Below are positions 36,841 to 49,970 of a stretch of 64,000 nt of DNA, in pieces. Source of the stretch: Phoronis australis (taxonomy: Eukaryota > Animalia > Phoronida); assembly GCA_002633005.1 (NCBI GenBank), contig NMRA01000182.1, positions 381,077-445,076 on the forward strand. Reading direction: 5' to 3'. A program made the translations under genes and the position numbers. The stretch's first letter is position 1. Each line of letters opens with the position of its first letter. The notes under the pieces are model-generated. The model did no database searches and was not told the origin of the DNA. It saw nothing but the letters and a program-made list of their open reading frames with translations.

Positions 36841-37601
36841 TTTTGACTAAGGAACTGATGAGAGAGTTCTTTCTCAAGAATTACTATCGTTGGGAGTGTG
36901 CATCCAACCTATGGGACAGCGCCGTGTCCATAAGGGGTGTTACAATGGACAAATATAAGGAGTAATAGCCCACCCCCCCTTGATCCTCTTTCTGTTCATG
37001 AGTAAGGGTTGATATTGTCTGTCTTGCACACTACCTTGTGTGTGACGGGTTTTGCTGTGTTGGCCTTGTGTGGGCTAAATTTATCTGTTTTATGTAATAT
37101 TGCCTGAGGCCAGTATTTTGTAATATGAGAAAAGGGAACACTGAAAACTCTGAGTGTCTAGATTTACAGCATATTAAACAATATTGGTTGTGTTGGTAGT
37201 CATTTGCAACATTGATATTCATGTTGGAAGGTGGTCTTGTCATACGGTCAGAGGTGCCATTTTTCGTCAATGTTTGTCTGTACTTTGACTCCTTGGAGAC
37301 ACATCCCTAGGAACTGGCCAGACTGGATTTATTTACTGCTTGCATTGGCTTCTTCATCCAATCTCAGGTATTAGATAAAAGACAGTTACATACTGAACTA
37401 CATATAAAATGACCTGTGTCATGGTAAATTAACACACCTTGTTTACTAGGTAAATGTAATACAGAGGTTGAATACCATGTGCCCTAATACATACTAACTC
37501 ATGCAGTAATCCCTTGAATTACCTTGGTGCACCTGTCTCTGTGATGTAAAGTCTTCAATCTTTTACTTGGAACCACCCAATAATGTTAAAATTGCATTTT
37601 T

Positions 37602-39440
37602 ATGCACCCACATATTTGTATGTGGTCGCATATTGCGGTCATCTCTGCCCGGGCGTCCGTCGTTTGGCGTCTGCAGGTGTGTCTCCTAAAACCTCTTGAT
37701 GAGATTTGGCAGACGTGTTTCTGTGAAGCTGACAACGGACGACGACAAATTTTGGACCTCGCCGACTACCGGTGTGCCCCCTTCTATCAACCAAACCTCT
37801 CTAGGAATGATTTTGAGAATTGGCATATGTGTTCTTAGTGTGAAGAGTGCACCTGACGATTTTGCGACGATTTTGACTGCTATGGCGTCTCCTAGTGGTA
37901 GTTTTGTTTGTATTTGTAACCATGGCTGTATATCCTAAACCTCTCACAGGATCTTGATGAGATTTTGGAAGATGTATTCCTATGAAGCTGACGATGCATG
38001 ACATTGAATTTTGCTGTGACTACTGGTGTGCCCCCTAGTGGCAATTCTAGTTTTTGCTCTTACCTCTGTATCTTCGGAGGTCCTTAATGGATTTTCATAA
38101 AATTTGGCGGTTAAGCATCTATTAGGGAGATGATGCCATCCTCCTTTTTTCGATCAGATTCGAAGTACTTTGCATCACCTAGTCACCATTTTTACTGTTT
38201 TCAAGTCTGTTTTTGGCGTCTGCCCTTCTGTCAACCAACCCGTGCTAGGGATGATTTTGAAAATTGGCATATTTGTTCTTACTGTGAAGAGGGCGGCTGA
38301 GGATGATTTTCCGATGACTCGACTACTGTGACACCTCCTATTGGCAGTTTTGTTTGTTTTTGCGCCCATGACTGTATCCCCTCAATGCTCTACAGGATCT
38401 TTATTGAATTTTGCTAGTGTATTTGTATGAAGTTGACAACAGAGGACGACGACTTTCGGGCTGATCGGGCTACCGGTGTGCTCCCTAGTGGCAATTTTAG
38501 TTTTTTACGTTTACCTCTGTATCTTAAAAGGTTGTCAATGGATTTTCATAAAATTTGGCAGAACTAATAGGCATCAATTAGTGAAGTGTCGCTATCATCT
38601 GGTTTTCGGTTAAGTTCGAGGCATTTTGCGTCACCTTGTGGTCATTTTTACTATTTTCGTGTTTGTTTTTTGGCATCTGCCCCTCTGTCAACCAAACCAC
38701 TCTAAGGATGATTGTGGAAATTGACATGTATGTTCCTAATGTGAAGACGATGTGCTGACGATTTTCTGACGACCTTGACAACTGTGGCGCCTCCTTGCGG
38801 CAGTTTTTTTACACCTATAGCTGTATCTCCTAAACCCTCTGCAGAATCTTTATTAGATTTAGCAAGTGTATTTATTTGAACTTGACAACAAACGACGATG
38901 ACTTTCAGATGGATGTGACTACTGGTGTGCCCCCTAGCGGCAATTTTAATTTTTACTTTTACCTCTATCTTCAAAGGTACTCTAAGGATTTTCATTAAAT
39001 TTGGCAGATAGGTATCCATTAGTGAGTTAACGCTATCCTCTGGATTTTGGTTAGATTGGTGGTATTTTGCGCCACATAGTGGCCATTTTTACTGTTTTCG
39101 AGTCTTGTTATTTGGCGTCTACCCCTCTGCCAAACCACTCTTAGGATGTTTGTGGAAATTGACATGTATGTTCCTAATGTGAAGAGGAGGTCTGACGATA
39201 ATTTTCCATTGACTTTATCTACTGTGGCACCTCTTAGTGGCGATTTCATTTTTTCGTTTTCCTCGGTTTCTCAGAAGCTCCTTGACGGATTTTTATGAAC
39301 TTTGCTAAAATAGCTTTTGGATGGATTCAACGTATTTTGGGCCATCTAGTGGCCATTTTTATGTTCCAAATAAACACACCTAGAAGCACACCGTTTGCGG
39401 TGCATTCGTGGGCACATTTCAACGCTCCGCGTTGCTCTTG
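37602..39440 (+). mobile_element. Full-length Helentron-associated non-autonomous element (DINE-1/HINE-like)
   Basis: T-run flanks; 5' hairpin atgcacccacat-atttgt-atgtggtcgcat; internal higher-order tandem subrepeats; 3' subterminal inverted repeat gtgggcacat plus stem-loop caacgc-tcc-gcgttg then ctcttgTTT. Confidence 0.8.
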
Positions 39441-39725
39441 TTTGCAAGAGCACTGATATCCTAGAACACTAAAAATGTCTCAAGTTCGGCATTAGCACCA
39501 TAGCTCCATTGCCCCAAGTCACGTGATAGTCTCATTATTCTGCAGAAGCTGATTTGCATTACATATAATGAAATTTTAATTAACGTATTTGAGTTCCGAA
39601 AGTGAAAACAACATTCAATCATTCGTCGGCATATTTTGCCTTGGTCTATTTGTCGTTGTATAGATCTTTGACCTGTTGACCCCAGACTGTCCCTGACCCC
39701 AGTGTGGCCTCTCTCCTGCTTGTAG

Positions 39726-39842
39726 GTGTGCTTAGATGTCTATTACAGCTCCAGCCATAGTAGCATACGTATGGCGGTACAGGCCACCTTCACCCAGCTA
39801 TTGACCTGTATGGTGGAACGAATGGGTCCCGAAGCCGTGGTG
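39726..39842 (+). CDS. ARFGEF3: ARFGEF3 coding exon 6
   Basis: VCLDVYYSSSHSSIRMAVQATFTQLLTCMVERMGPEAVV; tgtag/gtaaga. Confidence 0.9.
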
Positions 39843-41274
39843 GTAAGACCGTCGTTTATGCGTGTTACCTGCTATCCCCTTCTTCTAAGCCGTGTCTTCA
39901 CAGGCAATAGCCCCAGTACAAGTTCTCCTGTGGCAATTTGCCCACCATCAACGTAGCGTTCACATGGCAAAGCTTTCGGTACTGTCAAGACAGAAGTGAT
40001 GCACTAAAATCTCACCATTTTGAGACAAAAGTAATTGCCGAAGTTGACCCTTTTTTGTCAGATGATAGCTATGGAATACACCGGAAACATGGTAATGGAC
40101 ATATTTGTCATTACACATTGTTTATTTTAAGTGGGAAAATAAAATTTCATTTCATTTAGAGAGATCATTTGAAGAAGAAAGACATCCTGTGCACGAATCA
40201 GTGGAAGAAAGTGTCTGCGTGTAAAAGAGAAGGCACTAAAGCTCTTAGTTGATAGCTTCTGCCATCTGTGGACATACAAGCATTGACTCTCAGAAACGCG
40301 TTGATAGGCACATGCTGGTGTCAAGTTGTGCCTGCTACTTTTGAAGACATAGTCACTTGTACCTAATCGTCTTGTTACCGCTGCAACTTGTGCTGGTGCT
40401 ACTGTCTGTTTAGACATAGTTGACTTGTCTGTGTCAATTCTCCTTTTTCAAAAGGAGCTAAAGTACGAGCAGCTAAACTTCTTTAATTTAGACTCTCCTA
40501 TTCAGTTTGGGATTTTGACACTAATCAGAAAATGACAAAAATTCTTGTATTTTTTCTTAATATTTTGTTTTTTGCACGTGAGAGTAATTCAATAAGTTAT
40601 CCATCGTGGTTGATTAAGATTTTTGTAAAAAACCTAAATTTTTGAACTTGCTCTGTTTCAAAGTCGCTGTCATAATCCCAAATTTTTTGTCCAAAATGAA
40701 CCAAGTTTTACTGTGTTTTGTTTATTTCATTATCAAATTTTGTATTTTTCTCTTTTTCGGTGTTCATTGATTGACATTAAAATGATGAATTTCCTTACTG
40801 TTTTTGCTTTTATTCATTTTATGAAACCTGTTTACATGCATAAGAAATAGAAATAGTGATTATATATTGTCTCTAAAACAGAATAGCGTTATCCTGAATT
40901 GTGCTGTCCTCTTTCGTGGAGGTTGGAAAACACATTCAGTTATGTAGTTTACAAAATGTGTTTCACTTTTGAAATGATTTGCATAAGCAAAGAAAAATGT
41001 TGTGCCGATTCTAGGACATCTGTCATTCTTGGTGTCAGCAATTAAGTATACTGTTTGCAACAGTAGAGCTTTTGATAGACACAGAACCACTTCTGTGAAG
41101 GGAATAGGTGCCTGACAAATGTGCTGCTTTCTGGTTAAATAACGACAGAATTGTGTAGGTTTGTGGTTTATCAGGATGGAGCATTTTCAAATCAACGCGT
41201 AAAGCTGAAGGTAATAGTGAATACATAACAGTGTTGGAATTTGATTATTTAACGTCTAGAGAATTTCCTTTTAG

Positions 41275-41323
41275 CAGCCCAATGAAGATTTCGATGCTCT
41301 GTCTGATTTCAACAATCCCTCTG
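41275..41323 (+). CDS. ARFGEF3: ARFGEF3 coding exon 7 (NAGNAG acceptor; alternative start 41278)
   Basis: QPNEDFDALSDFNNPS; tagcag acceptor, gtgagt donor; bridges phase 0 to phase 1. Confidence 0.75.
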
Positions 41324-41872
41324 GTGAGTCAGATGATGGAATACTACAAAGTGTGCAAACTATTTCACTGTTATCAGTTAGCAGTTGTTAAATTCAGTGG
41401 CATAATCATGATAATGGGAAGCAAAAATTTCCAATCTCTGTTTCACTTGTTAAACTATTCTTCAGTGCAAGTTAGTATTTGTTTGACCCTCTGCAGCTAT
41501 GCATGCAAGAGTAGAAAGGTGACATGAGCAGACGGACAAAATGCCTGCATGTCATAGCTGCATTCACTTCCTGTGTGAAAATGCAATGGCCGTCTGACTT
41601 GTAAACAGTCTGTTGTTGAGTCTGCTCAATGTAAGCGAATATTGAAACGAGATATAAGTATTTTGCTTGACTGTTTATGTCACTTTTATATTTTTCCAAG
41701 CAAGGCTGCAGAGGTCCATGTAGGTGCTCTCATAATGTGCTAAATTGTTCAGATTTGACCTCTGTGTTTTAGTGATGAGACTTTCATCTTTTTTTGTTGA
41801 CAACTAGATGTGTACTCTGATGTTCTAGAATGAGTGATGGTTTGCTAAGCTGAGTTTGATTCTTATTTGCAG

Positions 41873-41948
41873 AGCCCTCGGACTCGATAACAACAGATGT
41901 GATAACCATTCTCGAGTTTTTGTGTGAGAGGATAGTCCAAGCGGAGAA
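41873..41948 (+). CDS. ARFGEF3: ARFGEF3 coding exon 8
   Basis: EPSDSITTDVITILEFLCERIVQAE; ttgcag/gtaagt. Confidence 0.88.
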
Positions 41949-43189
41949 GTAAGTTCTCATCAATTTTGTCTTCAACTTCCAACAATATGAAAGAAAATAA
42001 AACGGAAGCCATTATTGGTAAGGCACAATCAAAGCGCGCACTGGGGGATGTGTGCTTTGGCATAAAATATCGTTTGCATAGTTACAATTCAGGGCAAACC
42101 ACATTTTCTCAACAGTCATTATGCCCAGAGTCTGAGCTGGACTGACTGCATTTTGGGGTACCTTTCTATGGTAGGCATTATGCAAAGTTAATTTTGCACT
42201 GCTTCAAAGCTGTAACAAGTATAATGCCTGACATTGATCTTGGGCAGTGATCAGCATTGTGGTATCAGCTTAATATTCAATACATTTTCAAATTCAATTA
42301 TTTTTACTGAAAACCTTGATGACGAAAGGTCAATTGGTTTAAACAGTTAACATGTTTTTTTGTCAGATAAATAAATCCTTATTTGCCAAAGCTATGACTT
42401 TATTTTTGTTTAATGTTCAGGACATTTCCCCCAGGCGATTACCGAAATGAGTATGGCTGAGCTGAATGTAAACAAATACTATTTGACTAGCTGTAATTGA
42501 CCATCCCAGTGAGCTGGGATCAGAAACCTGAAGAAATGCAGACTTGCACAGTACGTGCGAACATAATGATGTTCTATGAGCCATTTGTAATTTGTTGTCA
42601 TTGAAATAATATGCAATCTCTTCATGGCCCATGCTTTTGCAAGCTAATGATTTAAGAATATTGTTACACATAGTGTAGCATGCCAGACTTGGGCCAGCTG
42701 GAATTATCAAACGAAGGTTCCTAATATGAATATAATGATCAACATGGGCTTTTTGTAATCCCTAATGATAGCCCAGTTATGTCATAAACTATGAGCCTGT
42801 CGATCGCCAGTTCGAAGACTTGCCTGTAAGGAGCATTAGAACCTACATATTAATCAGATTACGTGCAAAGAATAAAGTGTTGTAAAACTTTGAGTTTTCC
42901 TCTTAAGTTATCTGCTAGAGGTTTTAATGAAAGTAAAGTTGTGTGTGATCAAAGTATGAGAATCATGACCTTGAGAGTTTTATGATCTTTTGACTGGTGC
43001 TGTAACATCAGCTGGTGTTCTATTGTGTAGGGGTAACTGAAACTTTCATATCTGTGTTAACTTTTTATTAGGATTTAGCACAAAATTGCACCAATATCGC
43101 AGCCATCATTATTTAATGAGGATTAAGGAATATAATAAATGGAGTCTATTGAGATGAGCTTTTACATGTAGCTAATATTCACTTTACAG

Positions 43190-43300
43190 ACCAGGTCATA
43201 GCCAAGATCTTCTACCACTGCTTTTAGAAGGTGTCTACGCCATGCTCAATAACATCCCAGAGTCAGTCAATAACAGGCCGGAATTTATTGATCTTCTATG
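43190..43300 (+). CDS. ARFGEF3: ARFGEF3 coding exon 9
   Basis: PGHSQDLLPLLLEGVYAMLNNIPESVNNRPEFIDLLW; ttacag/gtaaga. Confidence 0.88.
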
Positions 43301-43518
43301 GTAAGACATCGGTAGTTGATTGAGTCTTTTGAAAATTCTGGCTACTTACGTTTGGTTAAGTTTACATTAGATTCTACAAGGTGATCAGCCCTTGAGAAAT
43401 AGAAAAATGGGAATATTAGAAATTATTTTTGTGTGAAATAAGTAAAGAATTATGGTAGTGATATCATTTCTAAAAGACTTGTGCTGTGTTTGTATGACGC
43501 TTTCTTCCCGTATTGCAG

Positions 43519-43680
43519 GAAACAACTTTGTCCGAGTTTAATTTGGTTGCTAGGCAATCCAACTGGGGACAAGAGCATCACCTCGCAGAAGACGGGCTCA
43601 AATGAGGAGATGGGTCGAGGGTCAGCCTGCTCGACATCTGCACCTCGAATAATTGGTCCTGCTGTAAAGACTGTGTATAA
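43519..43680 (+). CDS. ARFGEF3: ARFGEF3 coding exon 10
   Basis: KQLCPSLIWLLGNP...GRGSACSTSAPRIIGPAVKTVY; ttgcag/gtatgt. Confidence 0.92.
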
Positions 43681-44623
43681 GTATGTAGGAGTAGTATATA
43701 TACTGTGTTTGTGTACAAGTTGTGAGTAAGTCATGTCTGCCCCATCCTGTTACCCTATGGTAATGGGACACCATTCACATTTTGACACTTATTATACATC
43801 AGCATAAGAATGAATCCATCTTCTGTCGTTTTGAATACGTCAAATGTTCAGCTCGTCTGGGTCATGTAAATAATGAGTTGTTTTCATTGGTAATTTGATT
43901 CACTGTATTAACAGTAAGTGCAAAGACCATATAATATATAGCTGTCAGATACTTAAGAGTCGTACAAAGCATTGCTAATTTTCTTGCTAAACTTGAATCC
44001 CCTTGACTACACATTGCTTGTTTTAAAAATACATCAGTTCTGGAGAAATTCGAAACTTGGCGGAAACAGCATCAAACAATAAGTACAGCATATGTAGGTC
44101 ACATCACGTGACAAATAGTTAAGTCTGAAAAGATCTCTGTACCAACATGTTCTGAAACTCAGGACTTTCTGCTAACCTGGTACAAGCTCTGGTTCGGACA
44201 GAGATCTTTTGCCTTTTTCATTTATGTGGAATTTTATTTGTCCAGACTTATTTCGCATTCAGCAAACAGTGCATTAAAACTGTCCTTCATACTGTGCTGA
44301 TTCAAATAGTTACCAATAAAGTCACCCAATATCTAATGTCATTTGAGTGAGGTTGCCATCCCAAAATAAAAACGTATTGCCAAAATAAACAAAAGTTCAG
44401 ATGAAAAATTATCACATTACATATTTTCAAACAATCAGTCAGATTTTCAAAACATATAGACTGTAACCAAAAATACACCCATGGGTGTACATTTGGGTGG
44501 GTTTATTTTTGGAAATCCTCATTATGAAATTTATTGTAAACATGAAGTGGTTGCCACTCCTCGCACGATGCTTGTCTTCTTGTAAAATAGACCCGTCGGG
44601 TTTTACTGGTTTACTAACAGTTT

Positions 44624-44835
44624 ATGCTCTATATTACATTGAACATGGACACATGGCACTCATGCTCTATATTACATTGAACATGGACACATGGCACTCA
44701 TGCTCTATATTACATTGAACATGGACACATGGCACTCATGCTCTATATTACATTGAACATGGACACATGGCACTCATGCTCTTTATTACATTGAACATGG
44801 ACACATGGCACTCATGCTCTATATTACATTGAACA
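44624..44835. repeat. 38-bp minisatellite, about 5.5 copies
   Basis: atgctctatattacattgaacatggacacatggcactc at 44624, 44662, 44700, 44738, 44776, 44814. Confidence 0.95.
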
Positions 44836-44927
44836 TTGAATTTTTATACCGTCAAATTAAAGTGTTTTTTTTCTGTTTTATCCACAATTTATTGGTATGT
44901 AACAACTTCTTTGTTCTAATATTACAG

Positions 44928-45060
44928 TATCGCTGTTGAGCTAGTACGTCTGGTGGGCTCTGTATCCTCGTTACGTCCTGTACTACAGTCTGTATTCCAC
45001 CGTATGTTACTCTATCTACCTCCACATCACAGGCTAGAGGCACTTAAGTCTGTCAAAGAG
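44928..45060 (+). CDS. ARFGEF3: ARFGEF3 coding exon 11
   Basis: [44 protein letters not shown]; ttacag/gttaga. Confidence 0.92.
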
Positions 45061-45264
45061 GTTAGACATTTTTAAAATTATTTGTATTTGTTATTTATAT
45101 CTGTCCATCACCACTATCATCACATGTAACTTTCTTATGCTTTTTGAAAAATACTTCAAAACGCAAAAGGGCATAAGCTTCTTGCACCATCTTGTTTTTT
45201 AAAGCAAGCCAGATCCAACTTAGTTATATTGAGGGTCTTTAGTCAGTTTTATATCAGAGATGAA

Positions 45265-45380
45265 GCAGTGTGGCCCACTGGGATAAGTGTCCACTTCCTT
45301 TATTCAAGGTGATCGGTTTAAGTCAAACTAAGCCACACTGCTAAACCCTTGTCTCAGGTCTCGAGCTCTTCAGCTCAGTT
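45265..45380 (+). mobile_element. tRNA-derived SINE copy
   Basis: gcagtgtggcccactggg (A box), ggtttaagtc (B-like), shared body caggtctc..ct.cagct. Confidence 0.65.
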
Positions 45381-45526
45381 TTATTGATATAAAGCATAAA
45401 AATGTTTCTAGGTGATCAGTGCTATAGGCCCACTCCAGTGGCCTGCGCATGTCTGTTACAAGGTGTACCAGAGCGCCTGCAATTTTTTTAGTCTTGTTCA
45501 AACCTTGATTTTCCTTGTCTCCTTAG

Positions 45527-45639
45527 CTGTTAACTAGCCCCGCAAGCCTGTACAAGGTGGCTGGTCCAACCATTGCTCACGATGTTGGGGACAGTACAAA
45601 ACCAGGGACTGCAAGCTCAGATATGGCTCTGCTTAGGCT
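45527..45639 (+). CDS. ARFGEF3: ARFGEF3 coding exon 12
   Basis: LLTSPASLYKVAGP...DMALLRL; ccttag/gtaagt. Confidence 0.88.
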
Positions 45640-46428
45640 GTAAGTATTCTGACCACATCTTGGCCATGCTGAATAGTCATGGTATAGTTGCTGCCCCACA
45701 ATTGTTTAGAGTTTGGTTTATTTGCACTGACTTGTGTTGGATTTTTCATGCTTTTCCCTGCAATTTCTCCAACCATCATCGGGTGAGTGACAATAATCCA
45801 TTAGAGAGGTTAGCGCATGTGTTTCAAACACTGCATATAATTGTACATGCTCACCACCTCAGAATGGTTTCAACTCCAGTACCTATTTAACATGTTCAGG
45901 TTTCATGCATTCATTGTGCACATACCATGATTTTTGTCAGAGTTGATTCTGTAGTGTTTTATGGATTCTTAAATACATGATGTGCTCACAGTGAGGTATG
46001 CGACAAGGGTGCTCATTCACACGAGGAGAAAGATACCTGTTCTTCGTAAATAGGGCAGTATATTTGTTATGATGGGAAGTCCCTCTAGCTCACCCTGTTC
46101 CCACCAATACCTCCACCCATTTTTCTACATTAAAGATATAATGTATAGCTGAGAAGTCTTGATTTCTTTATTTAATGAAACCTAATGCTGAGTGTATGTC
46201 TGAGTTAACACTGATTTCAATCTTGTGGGGAATTTTTGTTCATCGGTGAAAATTTTTTGTGCCTCGTCAGGATAATTTAACATGATTTATTAATGTTTTT
46301 TCAGATGAAATGGGGTCAATATTCGGTCCCAAATTGAGAACCCTGAAAAACACGCAACTACCCTGCCTCCTATATTTCACAGTGTATATTACAGTTACAA
46401 CTACAGACTGTCTTCTTTTTGTCTTCAG

Positions 46429-46601
46429 AATTGTGGACTCTCTTCAGGAGAGCTGCCTCTGCAACGACTCGTCTGTCTGCATGATCAGTGTGACTTGTGT
46501 TGACCTACTTCTAAGGTCAGTGGAACAACTGTGTCATGGTGAAGGACTGTCAGACGACCGTGCAGATCACTTACTGGAACATTATAGCGTGCTTGACAGC
46601 A
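46429..46601 (+). CDS. ARFGEF3: ARFGEF3 coding exon 13
   Basis: IVDSLQESC...CVDLLLRSVEQLCHGEGL...VLDS; cttcag/gtaaga; 3' end chosen by phase. Confidence 0.82.
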
Positions 46602-46628
46602 GTAAGACAGCTGGGCGCATTCAGTTTT

Positions 46629-46935
46629 TACTAGTTACTGACTAGTAACTGGCTAGTAACTGGCTAGTTACTGACTAGTTACTGAATAGTTACTCATTAG
46701 TTACTGGCTAGTAACTAGCTAGTTACTGACTAGTTACTGAATAGTTACTCATTAGTTATTGGCTAGTTTTACACTAATGACTGGCCAGTTACTCACTAGT
46801 TACTAGCCACTAATTAATTAGTTACTGGATGATTACTCACTAGTTACTAGCTAATTTTTCATTATTTACTCACTAGTTACTAGTTACTAGCTAATTACCC
46901 ACTGCTTATTCGATAGTTACTAACTAGTTACTAGC
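46629..46935. repeat. Low-complexity 11-12-bp repeat (ctagttactg/a core)
   Basis: Many tagttact/tagtaact units directly after exon 13. Confidence 0.9.
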
Positions 46936-47135
46936 TTGTGAATAGTGACATAATCTGGCCACCTTCCCGAGGTCCGACTAGTAACCTTATTTGTTTTTAT
47001 AAATACCTATTTTTCAAAAGTTACTGGTGAATTCGATACAGTGCAAATAACAACATGTTCTGAGCTGTACAAAAGACATAGGTCCATAAGCAGAAACCTG
47101 TTACTCAGCACTCCAATAATGAATGTTTATTGTAG

Positions 47136-47453
47136 GTCCAACAACAAGCACTAGCACTATAGGTTTGATGAAAGGGAGAGATGTCAACAGACCTTCCACT
47201 GTGAGCTCTCAAGGTGAAATAAAAGCTTCTCTTAGTGCAGATACATTGGAGACGGAATCTGAGTGTTCGACCAGCACAGAGAGATGTTGCCTGAACACTA
47301 GTAACTTGGTGCAGCTGCACCGCGAGGGGGAGCGCCAGTGTGCACGGGAGTTTGTCAAGAGGCTTGGTGAGGAAGTGGCCACTCTGCTGGACATGTGCAG
47401 CTCATCTGAGGTAGATGAGGCGCTGCAGCAGTTTGCTTCACAGTTTTGCTCTG
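47136..47453 (+). CDS. ARFGEF3: ARFGEF3 coding exon 14
   Basis: PTTSTS...ERQCAREFVKRL...EVDEALQQFASQFCS; ttgtag/gtgagt. Confidence 0.88.
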
Positions 47454-47883
47454 GTGAGTAATGGTAATTTTCAAAAATTGAGTCTACAGAGCTTTGAAAT
47501 GGGTGCAATTTACAACGGAGAGTTCTGTGCATGTTAACAACTCATCTGCTAGTTGTACTCACGGTAGCAAGAACCGTAACAACATGAAAAATTGCCTGTT
47601 TATTAAATAGGTTGGTCAGTAAGATGCTAATTGCTAGCCTGGAAATTGTTTCAGAAATTTTGTCAGCCGATCATCGCTGGGGAACACATTTAGTGGTGAA
47701 TGTTTGTCAAAAATGTTTTCTGGTAACTTCTGCTTTTTGATAGTCATGAAGATGGAACCTATCATAAAAAATCTGTAAAATTCTGTCTGTTTTTGGCCAG
47801 TTATTTCCTGGTCTAGTTTGGGAGTTGCTTGCTGTAGTAGCGATATCCCGATAATGCAACATACTGCCGTTTTGGCATTTCAG

Positions 47884-48041
47884 ACTTGCAGCAAGACAGA
47901 ACGTCTGACGAGGCTTCGTCTGCCATTACCATCTTGAATGCTGACGGTGTCTATGTTACAGTGTATTACTCACTGCTGCTCAATCTGAAACTTATTAAAG
48001 ATGACTTCTACGGATCATCGAAGGTGCCCCTTGTTTCGGAG
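47884..48041 (+). CDS. ARFGEF3: ARFGEF3 coding exon 15 (degenerate Sec7 region)
   Basis: ...ILNADGVYVTVYYSLLLNLKLIKDDFY...; tttcag/gtgagt. Confidence 0.9.
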
Positions 48042-48782
48042 GTGAGTGCCATCTTTTGGTAGTAGTAATGACTATGTTTCCAGAGAAGTACTGACAACAT
48101 CAACAGCAGTAGTAATAATCCTGTTGCTGTACAGGTAGGTTTGAGTTACCGACAGATGAAATTTTCGTAATAAATACAGAAATGAATATGAAGCATGTGT
48201 TGGACTGCAATGTGTCAAAATGTCGCAATTGCAACATAGAGCGGGATGCATGCTGCATGATGTCACCAACCTGATTTAATGATGTGGTTAGACAAGGACC
48301 CAACGTGTTCGTTGCAACTTCTGAACTGCGACGTAACGCGGTCTTTGCCATTGCTTTTAGCAACGCATTATGTGACATTGTGGTAGAGTCTTAATTGACT
48401 CGTAGTTACTTTTCCAGCATTTGCCTGAGCTGTTAACATATAATTACTCTTTTTTAAAACCAGATGTGAACAGAAATGTGAATTAAACATTCAAACTTAG
48501 TTTTCATTGCTAAAAGCTGGAGAGTCTTATTTATCTAGATACTGAATCTTGTTAGAATAGCTGTTCCTTTCACAATTTGTATTAGAAAGTCCTTGTGCAA
48601 GCATTTTCATTTAGACGCGCCATTTTTCCAACGTTTTAGAATTGTAAATATGACCTCAAATTTTAAAAACTGATTATTTTTTCTTTTTGGAAATTTAGGA
48701 GCATTTTATCTTTTGTTTATTTTATGATATTATGAGATGTTTGGAGGTAACATGTTAGTATAAATCGACTCCCATTTTCCAG

Positions 48783-48945
48783 AGCCAGTTCATTGACAAT
48801 ATCCTTGGTTCAGGACTCCTGCTCTATGTCTCCAACGATTGGCTGTCTGAAGTCTACAAACAGGTTGTGCTGACCAATATGCTGTCAGAGACTGGCCATG
48901 ACAACAGTGATGTCATGGATACCTCACTTATTCACCTCATTGCAG
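48783..48945 (+). CDS. ARFGEF3: ARFGEF3 coding exon 16
   Basis: SQFIDNILGSGLLLYVSNDWLSEVYKQV...; ttccag/gtacat. Confidence 0.9.
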
Positions 48946-49382
48946 GTACATTGGAAATGATAACATCAGCGTACAGTGTAATTCATGCAACTGGACCGGG
49001 AAGTACCACTTGACATTGTATTGAATATTTTGTACAATGGATTTATGCAATTGTAGAAACTGAAAACTACATGAAATGATTGCCCGTACCATTGGTTTAG
49101 TAAATTTATTTTTAAACAATATTGTTGACAAGACAGAATGAAACAACGCAAAGTACCAGATCTACCTAGTGATTTAGCGTTAAATACATTTCTTGGTGTG
49201 TAATTATTTGCTTCCTATTCATTAAAAACTTCTCATTCCATGGCACTTTGTTAGTAGATTTGTACTACAGTTGCTGCCGTCACAAATTTTCTTGATCACA
49301 AACACTGAGATTTAAGTACCTTTTGTGGGGAGTAGGTTACTTTATGCATTAGCAACTAACTTCATAGCAATAATGCTTGGGG

Positions 49383-49630
49383 TGTAATACATTACAGTTA
49401 CTGTATCATACTGTGTAATACATTACAGTTACCGTATCATACTCTACATTAATTACAGTTACTTATCATACTCTGTAATATATTACAGTTACTGTATCAT
49501 ACTCTATACATTAATTACAGTTACTTATCATACTCTGTAATACATTGCAGTTACTGTATCATACTCTGTAATACATTACAGTTACTTTATCATACTCTGT
49601 AATACATTACAGTTGCTTTATCATACTCTG
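49383..49630. repeat. ~30-bp minisatellite, about 8 copies
   Basis: gtaatacattacagttactgtatcatactct variants. Confidence 0.92.
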
Positions 49631-49970
49631 AAACTAGTAACTATTTAATTGTTTGGCTTCTGAAATAGAATTCCAAATGAAAAGTTAGGTTAGGATCATA
49701 TTCCTGGAGAAATGCTTTAATAAAAAATTAGCCAAAAGCGATGTAATTGGATTCATTTTGTTGACCAGCAATTTAATCAGACAGGAATGTTCACCCGTGG
49801 ATGTGTTCATCCTGGTACAAAATTAGATGCGAGTTATGATGCAGGACAAAAGACTGCGCAAATGCTTAACAATGGACAGACAGTATGATACTCGTTGTAA
49901 TAAACTTGTGCAGGCTGCTCAGGTAGCCCCATTGTTCTGATCATTTTTATGCTTAATTATATTGTTAAAA

